Assembly: GCA_030141605.1 (NCBI GenBank)
Contig: JAQGDQ010000015.1
Span: 930,001 to 994,000, forward strand
DNA from: Tubiluchus corallicola
Lineage: Eukaryota; Animalia; Priapulida
DNA: 64,000 nucleotides
Direction of reading: 5' to 3'
Part shown: positions 53,801 through 64,000 of the stretch, in pieces
How the letters are laid out: each line of letters begins with the position of its first letter
How positions within the stretch are numbered: position 1 is the first letter of the stretch
Notes under the pieces: model-generated
The model's input: the letters and a program-made list of their open reading frames with translations, nothing else
Told to the model about the DNA's origin: nothing
The model's database searches: none
Translations under genes and position numbers: made by a program

Positions 53801-56800
53801 TCTGTCCCATGAGTTATCTTCAATTTCAACATCAATGGTAAGCTGCAAATAACTGGCCATTGGCCAGGCAGTCTTAGCAGAAGAAATAAATATCACAACT
53901 GAATTAGAATAAAGGACAGGCTGAAAAGAATAAACAAAGAAAAAGCTAAATGGGTGATAAAACTAACCAGTAATGAACATTATTCTTTCTGCCATTCGGC
54001 TGCCAGACTACTACCTTGTGTCCAAATTACTTATGTGTCTAAAGTGCCTTGTGTCCAAATGTAAGCATCAAAATGTCTGCATATAGTCTAATTCATGTCT
54101 ATTGTAATGTTTTGCAATATCTTCAAGGTTGCTGAAGTCAAGCCAAACATGGTACACAGTTAGTAACTTAGTACAAGTATTGATTAGCAAGAAAATTCTC
54201 AGTAATTGGACTTGCAATGCCCTTGATTTTGATTTTCACTTTGAAGATGAGTAGGCTTTTAACTAAGCATAATTAACTTATGGTATTTGAAATAAGACAC
54301 TTGTGTGCGTGTGATAAAAAAGCTTTTATTACTTTTATGTCATCTTTACTTTGGTTTTGTGCACTATAATATATGTAGAAACAATTAGGTTAAGCACCGT
54401 TTCATTTAAAAGCAGGATCGTTTATCATGTGATAAAATGCTAGCTAGCAGTTTTACTTTGAATCTGTCATTGGCTTGTCCCCTGCAATTAACCTTCTTGC
54501 CAAATAATTTATGGAACATGCCTAGGTGGCTTGTTTTTAAAGCACTTGCTAGTTTTCACAAAATGCCTAAGCAGTTAACAGCTGTTATGTCACCGATGCA
54601 GTGGCAGTAATCTGCCAGGATTCTTTGCAACTTTACAAGCATAAATATCGTAGAACAACTGAGAGCACAGAGTTAATTTTGAAAAACACAGTAGAACATA
54701 AGCATAAAGATCTGATATTTAGAGCTCTTGCAGTCTTTGCAGTGCATACTAAGCTGCAGAGTGATGACTGGTAACACTACACCAAACGGCTAATAAATTC
54801 AGTCTGTTAATTGGGTCAAAACACTTTCACCCCAAAATAAGTCTATTAAGTGACACCCGCTGTATTACCACTTCATCTTAACATTATGACTACAAAATAC
54901 TGTGTTATTTCTGTTTACTTTTCAAATGAGCTTAGGCACGAAACAAGTCAGTATTGGTAAATAAACAGTAGTTCATGTAATTCAATAAATATTTAGCTCA
55001 ATAAAATTAATATTTACTTGCAATAACTGCTAATGTGAATTTGTAGAGAAAATCGTAATTTTACCTGTTCATAATTAAGAAACATGGCAGTTGAATATTT
55101 CTCAGCAATCCATGCAAGAAGAGAAGCTGACTCGTGTACTTCCATGTAAACAAGAACACACTCAGCAATGAACATAGTGGGCATATTTGCATCAATATCA
55201 CAGCTAGCTAGAAATAGAGTTTTATTAGTGCCTATCCATCACACTTTGACAGGCAAACCAGTTGTATTGGTCATGAACATAAATCTTTATTTGGTATGCA
55301 AACCAAAAAACACTTTGATTTCAATTGCATAAAAATAGTACTATAAAGTTATTATAGCAACTGTGTTATTAAAACAACTAAGCTAAATAACAAACAATCT
55401 AAACAACACTTTCTGACATTTTTGTTTAAAACTGTAATGTGCACGATATACTTCTTGTCAGTTCTGAGTCCAAGACATTCTGTCCGCTATAGAATTTAGT
55501 ATAATGGGTATAATTTCTCCATACCTTTTGTACTCTTGAAAACACAAATAAACCAATTTAACTATGCCTCAAACAATTAGTTCAGAATGCTTCACACCCT
55601 TTTTCCCATTTTTATATCTTTGAAACCTAAGCCAAATAACTGGTTTGTCTACGTCTACAGAATACTAGGCAGCCTCTAAGTCACAATATTTCTATTGAAA
55701 ATGATCTATAATCTACGGATGATTCCCGATGAGCTAAAACAACTTGTCAATATCTTTGTAGCACATGCAGCGAAACTGCCTGAAAAGTTTCTACATTTAC
55801 GTGAAAGTTAAGAAATAGCAAGTCTGGGGTAATCTATTTTATCACTCTAGCAGGATTTTGTCAGTTAACCAGTTACAATCACGGCGGGATCTTATTCAGT
55901 CTTGATCATGACCTCGTAATTTCTATGAGAGAGAATTTTAAATGTGGTGCCTAAACAGCAGCAAATTATAAGCCTCGAATTCCACAGAAGCAGCTAGTAT
56001 TTTTGAAGCATGTAGTAACTATTTCTGTTAGACAAAAACCCATGTTTGTAATTGACATATTGCATGAAAATGCCAGATCAGCACAGTTTTCGTGATTTCT
56101 CGTTTACGAATTTGGCCTGGCCGTCTAATCTAATTCAGATTCATGAAATCCTATGACGGTCTAGCAGTTGTAATAAACTAGATGCAAACTGTAAGACAAG
56201 AAGTAAAGCGAATATTTGCAGAAACAAGAAATAAACAAATAATTAGTTAGAAAACAACTCTCCAAACAAACCCAGTTTTTGCTGTAACTGTTCCATGTGT
56301 CTGAGATCAGCTCCGACTAGATGGTATGTTTTGCTATGCAGATCCGTCCTGTTAAACTGTATGTCGGTATCTAGAACATATGAGCGACTAAACACTTAAT
56401 TTCATGCCTAATTTGATATAAAAAAGTTTCATATGAACAATCAACTTTAATGTCATAGTAATAAGTAAAATCCCCTTTTACTTGAACAAAGCAAACAGCT
56501 ACAATGAATTCCTACAAACTTTTATTGCGTGGAAATTGAAGTCTAACCAAAAACAAATACACAAATGAAAGCGTAAAAATCTGCTTTCATTAGAGTATAT
56601 GTCTTTTATTAGAAAGAAATCGCCAGATTTGCTTATTTTGGCAAACTCAAACACAGTTCTAGCAAGACCACAAATGTGTGTTTGCCATATTAAAGCTGTC
56701 TTCTAACACAATCTACGTTTGATTATGGCACGATAACTTTAAGCTAGTTTCACTATCCAAATTACTGAACATGTAAGGACCAATGTAGACATAACAAGTA

Positions 56801-59800
56801 TAAAAGGAAACTGACTGTATGAACTTATATTTAAAAAGAATGTTTCAACTGGAAAACCTTCACTAGTAATCTTCTCAAGTAGTGGTTTCCTTGTTCGTAT
56901 ATAGTTGCACTTTTGTGATGTTACGTCACTAAAATCAACATCGATAAACTTTGCGATTTGTACACCATCATCACACAATCGCCAGAACAGAGTATCAAAA
57001 CCACATCCTAGATTTACAACTTGAGACTTCTCTTTGCCTATCTTGAAAAAATATATAAATTGATCATATACAATAATCTATACTGAACAATAATTCCACT
57101 GCAAAACATGCAATGTATAGTATAAGAAACTTCAATACAAGTACATCACGATGTGATACAAATCGTAGTACACCTGAATTAATGTTTGCAGGCTTTTGTT
57201 TAGTACTTGTGTATTGGTTGCACTATAAACCACCAGAAAAGTATAGCATTTCAATACTTCAAATATAACACATGCTCATGTGTTTCTAGCTCACGCTTCA
57301 GAAGTTTATACGCAAATGCAAGATTAGCCTCTACAGATTATTACAAACATATTATCACAAAATGTTTTCAAATTATCATTTGTATTATGTCTGTATGTGT
57401 GTGTTTCAAGATAAAAAAGATACATTATTGCACTTTCAATCTCTTTGGCTTCTATCTGCAGGTCTATCTGTGTCAAGTCACCTACAATGTGCATTCAGTG
57501 CACAGATTGTAAAGTACTTACAGTACAATCTACAGCTTCAAATTAAATTACTTCACATTGTTTTTACCCATACGGTCAAGCACCTGCTAATATCAATAAC
57601 TCAGATTATCGCAAAATAGGTGCACTTTGACGATATGCATTGATGCATTGAGGCCTAGACTGGCATGTAATAAATCAATACTCAGTTTTCTTCACTTTAA
57701 AGAGAACGTTTTTACAGCAAAAAATTAGACCTATTGGTAGTAAAATGTAAATCTAAAGTAGGCCCTACAAAGAAAAATGTACTAACATAGCAACATAATA
57801 ATGAAATCCTAAGGGTGCAGGCGGAGTAACTTGTACATTTCTCAATGAATAACAAATTGAAATTTTGAAATTAAAACACCTGCATTGAGTAGTATAGTTT
57901 TCTACATCATAATAAATGCCAAGATCTAAATCTCTTCAAAATTGCTCATTTAATGCCAATGAGCGCTAATGAGTGCCAATGAGAGTTCTTGTTCGAATAC
58001 TAACATTTCACAACTGTCTTTTCTATAAGCTCAGATTTTCTTATTCTCAAATAATCACCTTAAACAACTTTAAAATTATCTCGTGATCTCACCACACAAG
58101 GCAAAGCTATAGTTTAGTAGCTCAGTGGGCTTAGCAGGTACAGCCAGACAAGCATACAGCATCAAAAGAAAGGATTCATTCTTTTTTTAATATTACAAAA
58201 CCATTGCAACGTGCTGAAGGTCATTCACATTGTCATAAACCCAGCATGTAAAAGTAGTTGTACAGCTCTAGTAATTCAGGAAAATGTGAAGAAATTTAAT
58301 TTGCCTCGTGTCCTATAAAACTCGACGCTCTGTCCATTTACAATTTATATGAAGATCTACTCTATTGCAGAGGAAAATTTTTATTATTTTACATTTACAA
58401 TGAAGAAATTAATCTAGTTAAACTGCTATGTCTCATACTTTTAGAAATTGGTCCAGCAACAATTTGAAAGCTGTCACCCTCGCATAATAACCTCGGCTGA
58501 TTTCAGGAGCCTTTCTTTCCAATGAACGACAAAAATACTACAAATAAAGAAAAATAGTATAGTCTTGGAAATTCCATTTTGCAGATATAGTTATAAAAAA
58601 CTATACTATCATGAAATAAGGCATTGCTGATGAAGCCTTATACTGTGATGTACAAACTAGTTGCACCACTATGACAAAAAGAAAGAGAAATTATATTCCA
58701 ACGCTTTTACAGTTTATTTTCTGAATGCTTCTAATCTCACATCAGTCATATAGATTATCCTATGATAATCCTCTTTAGTTTTAGGAAAAACTTCATACTG
58801 CTGGTATGTATGCAACCAGCAGTAACTGAAAATCGGTTTATATTGTCGAAAATGCTAAACAAGTTAAAAAATGGGCAAAATTTATAAACAAATTAAATTA
58901 AAAAGCTAAAAATCATATCTAATAATAATTATAATTAAGAAGGAAAATTAACTGAATGAACATTTAGATTTAGCTTCATTGACCTGCACTTGAATTGGTT
59001 GCATTATAAAATTCGGTTGCATTATAAAGTCTATCCACATACTCATATTTCATTACATATTTTGTTTACTCCATTTTTCTGTGCCAGTTCTTGTGTTCCA
59101 TAGTCCTACGGCATTATGCTTAACATAATTTGATTGAACATTATTGCACATTTTGATTTCGTTATATTTAGTTTGATTTTATCGTGCATATTTTGTTTCC
59201 TTCACTGATTTATTATTAATGTTTTAATCGGTTAGTTAAATGCTTCATATATTTGGTTGATCATCATTGCATATTATTGATTTTATCTTAATGCTTCCTT
59301 GTTGCATACACTATTTAGATATTTCACTTTTAAGTTCAATTTCTTCCCCTATAAATTTATGTTAGCTGTCGATTTTCTTAACATACTTCGTAATTATACT
59401 ATATGCTTTAATTAGCAGTGCTACAAATTTTTTACAATATACACTAACCTGGTCACTTCTACTTTCGGGAGAGGGGTGAGAAGGCAGCTGAGCTTCTTAA
59501 CTCGTTCATTCAATAAAAACTGCCACTAGAATTCACCAGTTGGCAGTAAACATCAAACGCCGTATCGTACAATGCGTTTTTAATTTTACAGTGAATTTCA
59601 AAATATTATTTGTTTTACAGCATGTTATTTGATTTTATCTAGTGGCGCACAGCAGTGGATAAAAACAATTACTTCGGTTTTTGCGACGGTGACACCAACT
59701 TTTTAAAAATTATTTTTTTCAAAAATATGACGTAGATCGTCATTTTCTTTACGCCAGTGTGCAGTTAAAGGATGTATCTTTCTGTTGGAGCCTTGCTTTC

Positions 59801-60249
59801 AGCGATATTATTGATTTATGCGATGTGAGAGTGCGTTAAAAAGAACCACCTAAAGTGCAAGCTACCCTTGGCTTTTGCTTTAAAACGTCTGAGAAGACAT
59901 GGAAGCAGTGCTGCCGTGCCTTGTCAAAGTTTAGTTTTTTTTTCAGCTGAGGCAGTTTTCATTGCTCACCTTGATAAAGGTGTAGGCATTGAACTGAACT
60001 GAATAGGCCAACTATGTTATTAGTAAGTTTTAAACATACAAATAATTTAAAAACTAGTGCGTTACATTCTCATGTTCTTCATATAGTTATTACAGATTGT
60101 TTTTAAGAAATTCACGAGGCTTGCAAAACCAAAAGTCACAAAGGGGAAACCTGAATATATGCATCTTTCCAGTAGCTTTTCGAAATCGCCCATCGTTTAC
60201 ATAAGGTTGCATCGTCATTGGTAGCTTTAACAGCATCAGTCTGAGACAT
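50846..60249 (-). CDS. LCMT1: Leucine carboxyl methyltransferase 1 (PP2A methyltransferase), 312 aa
   Basis: Seven phase-consistent exons: 60151-60249, 58439-58537, 56858-57041, 56272-56370, 55065-55207, 51384-51493, 50846-51050. Motifs ATNDDATLCKR, RKAPEISRGYYAR, QVVNLGCGFDT, GADLR, IAECVLVYM, NYEQ, LEFLDD...HYC. Confidence 0.95.
51571..52754. mobile_element. Foldback/Mutator-like DNA element with inverted tandem-repeat arms
   Basis: Ends GGTTCAG...CTGAACC; left array of TTTGGACAC-like units (51580-51800), right array of GTGTCCAAA units (52620-52720); no convincing TSD. Confidence 0.55.
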
Positions 60250-60334
60250 TACACACTCATAAAATTAGCATTAGACGCCTGGGACAATAATAATTATTTG
60301 CTTAACACTCTCTTAATCTCATTCACAGATAGAG

Positions 60335-60346
60335 GCTGCCATTTTG
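60335..60346 (-). promoter_or_regulatory. YY1-like motif near the LCMT1 start
   Basis: CAAAATGGCAGC on the minus strand about 90 bp upstream of the ATG, with a nearby TATCGCGCC E2F-like site. Confidence 0.35.
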
Positions 60347-60466
60347 TTACTCTTATCGCGCCACATTTTGTTTAAAAAAGTATTAATATTCTGTAGTCAT
60401 AGATCAAGACATCATATTAATTTTAGAACCCTGTATCATTTACTACGTAAATTATTGCATTGTTAT

Positions 60467-60905
60467 TAGGGGTGAGCATCGAACGTTCGAGTTCGAACAT
60501 TCGAATCGAATTCTAACGCTCGAATTCGATTCGAACGATTTTTTTAGTTCGAACTCGATTCGAATCCAAAACTATAGATTCGAATAATTCAGCACTTCAA
60601 TCACATATGTTCCTGATCATTAAAACGATTGAAGCATCATACAATTAACATAATTTAGTTGTTATTTCTGCGCACAACTTTAAGCAAATTACTAGTCGTT
60701 TTATTGCAGATCAAAATCTAGTGATATACATGATCTTTGTAAGACTAATTTTTACTGGTGGTTCGAAAACTAGTTCGAAAATCGTTCAATCTCAATTCGA
60801 ATTCGGTTCGAATTCGAAACACTGAAGTTCGGTTCGATTCAAATTCGAAAGTCACAAATTTGGTTCGATTCGAGTTCGCTTTCTGGTAGAGAATGCTCAC
60901 CCCTA
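60467..60905 (+). mobile_element. hAT MITE (TAGGGGTGAGCAT family), intact copy
   Basis: Perfect 13-bp TIR; perfect 8-bp TSD ATTGTTAT (60459-60466, 60906-60913); TTCGAA-rich subterminal repeats. Confidence 0.92.
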
Positions 60906-61411
60906 ATTGTTATTAGTTACGATCAGAGTACGACGTCATTAATACTCCCAGAAAGGTATAATCAGCATAGATTTGATTTATTAAGATGCCAAGCTTGCGT
61001 TAAAAGAGAAAGGATTGCTGTGGTTTTATAAATTTTAGGAGTTGTTTCCTTCTTTTCTCCACCCATTTACACAGAGTGAAAATGCTGGCTTAAGCTTTCT
61101 AACTGGTACCATCCATACGATACGGGTTTATAATTCTGCTTGTCAACAGATGCTACTGTTACAGTGCCGGACCTAGTGCGGATACTGTATCAGTGATACC
61201 AGCATTATGAAGAAGCAACACTAATCAATTTTGAACAAAAATTAATATTGTTTACAAAGTTGCATCTAACAGCAACGAAACACATGAAAAGTAGCAACTA
61301 GCAGAATTACAAGCTTTACCGTTTGCTTTAATTCATCTTAAAAATGGTATCAAACTTTAATTTATTTCTTTTTAAATTTCTAATATTCAGCACTGAAAAT
61401 TTCACCGGCAC

Positions 61412-61733
61412 TAGGGGTGAACGTTCTCAACCACAAAGGGAATTAGAATCGAACTGAATTTCAATATTTCGAATTCGGATTGAGTTTGAAAGGTTTTCAA
61501 AGAAGTTTTCGAATCGTCAGTAAAAAGTGTTCTTACATGTATCATGCATATTGTTCGATCTTGCTCTGTAGTAAAACCACTGATAATAGTTTGTTTAAAC
61601 AGCTAAACTGTGCTAATGTCATGACTTTTCAAACGTTTTAATGATAAAGAATGTGTGTGGTTGAAGTGCTGAGTTATTTGGAATGTACAATTTTAGGTTG
61701 GAGTTCGATTCGAACGTTCGATGCTCACCCTTA
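61412..61733 (-). mobile_element. hAT MITE (same family), diverged inverted copy
   Basis: TAGGGGTGA...ATGCTCACCCTTA; TSD ACCGGCAC/ACCAGCAT (6/8); internal sequence is reverse-complement homologous to the 60467 copy. Confidence 0.8.
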
Positions 61734-63185
61734 ACCAGCATACATCAATGATAAATTCTCACAGACGTCTCATATAATAAAATCAGAGTTAACTAAATTT
61801 GAAACATTTTCCTTAATGAAAATAGTATTAAAAAGCTCAAAGCTGTGTTTTTATGATTTTGTGGCATTTATGAAATTGTCTGCAATTTCATAATTATGTG
61901 CAAATGAGGTAACAGCAGTTAAACCAGAGTTAAGTGGGCTTGACTGCATATTAACATAATACAGAATATGAAACAAAATTAATGCATATTATTGCTATTT
62001 ATTACATATGAATATTACATGTATAGACAAGATGAATCTTATGAACAAAAATAACTAATGTATAAGCTGCTTAGAATCTACCTGCATCTATCTTTGTTTT
62101 TTAAACTATGTTGTAAAACGAGTGCACACAGAAATCACAGAAACTTTTTAGAAAGACAATACTACACACTAATAATAATAATAAGACAATAATAATACAA
62201 TATTAGAAAGATAATAAGACAATGCTTGCAATAGGCCAATAATATTCACTATAATATGGAAAATCACAAATTAAAAAATATTAATAACAACATCAGTAAT
62301 GCTCATATACAGTATACATTGTAACCATTATGCATAAACATTACAGGCTTATAATCTATAATAATAATAGTTAGTATATGCATAACTAACTTCTTAGTAT
62401 TTTTTATCATGCAAATTACTTACTAGTGAGAGTTACATAAACAGTTATATGCAGCCTATGGAAATTTGTCATAAAATAATAAACGATGTAGATTAAACTG
62501 TTAAAAATCACAGGTCGTGAATAAAAACAATCACCATCCAGTCACCATACCCTAACATAAAATTAACAGTACGTCATTAAAATTAGTACCACCAAAGAAA
62601 ACAACCTTGAAATGGTAACATTTAACTAATTATCACATGTATGCATACAAGATAAAAATGGTGTTTCCATTATTTATCAAGCAAAAGTGTAAAAATGTTA
62701 TAACCATTATGTCTACAAGTAAATTACTAACACAGGAAAAATATAGTAAAATCACAATCACCATAATAAGTAGTACTTAAGTCAATAAAATCATAGTAAC
62801 AACCATTCTTAGTCTTAGTACAACCACCATACAACAGACAGAAATTAAAAATTATGCAACAATGGGTTTACAACCTATCATAATTTTGTAATAAAGTTGG
62901 TAAAACATGGATTTCATTTGGAATGCAAATATCAATAGCACAACAAATTGTGGAATGTCAACTTAAATTAAATGCAAAACTTGTAAAATCAAGAATGCAC
63001 AATAATTTAGCTGCCTAACTATGGCGCAACATTTTTGTCACAATAGACAAAGTAAGTACAGGCAATACCTTACTAAACAGCAAAGTATTTTAGAATTAAA
63101 ACACGTACTGATACATATGTGCTAACTAAATACCTGTTTACTATTTCCTACTACTCTTTAGACTTTTTACCATCCCTTATTATTA

Positions 63186-63992
63186 TTATTTCTTGAAATT
63201 GGGCATCCATGGAAGATTGTTCAAATCCACATTACCTCCACAAAGTATGACTCCAATTTTCTTTATGGCTGGGTCCAAGTTTTTGGCTTTGTCGGACAAC
63301 ACCGCAGCAACAGTTGCAGCAGCACTAGTTTCTATTATCAACTGAAAAAATTGTACTATTTAAAAACACTCATTTTTTCACATATTTGTGATGGACATTC
63401 TCATAAATAAAAACACGTGTCATCTTTTGCTGAAATTTTTGCACTAAAATGTGTAATAACTTGCATGATTTTTTATCATACATGCAGAGCCGGAATATAA
63501 CTGTTGGTGTCCCTAGGCTAACGAAATAATGGGGGCCCCCCCAGACGGAGCTACCTCTATGCTCGCACTTGTATTGAACATTTTTTACTTGTGATATATT
63601 TTAGCAACATAGCATAACTGGGGCTCTCAAGTAAAGGGCTTCAAAGAGGGGCCTTTATTTCAAATAAATGGCTTCAAAAAGGGGATTTATCTCAAACCAA
63701 AATCCAGCCCTGCACGCATGCAATGTCATTTCTTCAGCAAAGCCATATTTCTACGTTGGCATATTGTATTTTTTGTGTTCTGTGTTGCCAGCGAGTGAGA
63801 CAAGAACTTTAAAAATCTCTTACATTCTTAAAAATTGGAGCAGAGTCTGATGTTCACAACTGTTTCAAGAGACATTTCCTTACACGAAATCACAAAGAAA
63901 AATAATTAAAAGTGAATGTGATAGCTTTACAATAGACATACCTTCATTCGCTCCCACATAAACTTCATTGCAGCTTGTATTTCATCATCATT
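63186..63992 (-). CDS. SRR: Serine racemase / aspartate racemase family PLP enzyme, last two exons
   Basis: Exon 63942-63992 NDDEIQAAMKFMWERMK and exon 63186-63341 LIIETSAAATVAAVLS...IGVILCGGNVDLNNLPW*; phase-0 GT-AG intron; collinear with the serine racemase C-terminus (WERMK-LLIEP...LSGGNVD). Absent from the ORF track. Confidence 0.88.
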
Positions 63993-64000
63993 CTAAAAAA

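Noticed and set aside
57207-57619. Two plus-strand ORFs inside LCMT1 intron 2 suggesting a nested gene
   Set aside because: No recognisable domain or coherent exon chain; composition typical of AT-rich intron.
58538-60150. LCMT1 intron 1 donor GTTTCCCCTTT as a U12-type intron
   Set aside because: Deviates from RTATCCTTT, no TCCTTAAC branch point near the acceptor, and a normal polypyrimidine tract is present.

Overview
AT-rich, intron-containing animal DNA, probably from a spiralian/lophotrochozoan invertebrate (inferred from the repeat families; species not identifiable). The ORF track hides most genes because they are spliced. Reading splice sites and exon phases by hand gives six protein-coding genes: DNAJC14-like (minus, 9 coding exons plus the first base of a tenth, running off the left edge); a single-exon secreted beta/gamma-crystallin with two Ca2+-binding-type motifs (plus); an E2F4/5 gene with an intronless CDS (minus); an SLC16/MCT transporter (plus, 5 coding exons); a complete LCMT1 (minus, 7 exons); and the last two exons of a serine/aspartate racemase (minus, running off the right edge). 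The remainder is transposon-rich: a near full-length frameshifted CR1/L2-group LINE, an RTE insertion with a TSD, CR1 relics, hAT, Tc1/mariner and Kolobok-like MITEs, a MetaSINE-like SINE, and a solo LTR nested in a MITE that carries a perfect 4-unit heat-shock element. No CRISPR, rRNA or tRNA was seen, and no convincing novel multi-gene system. All identifications are from motif recognition without database searches.
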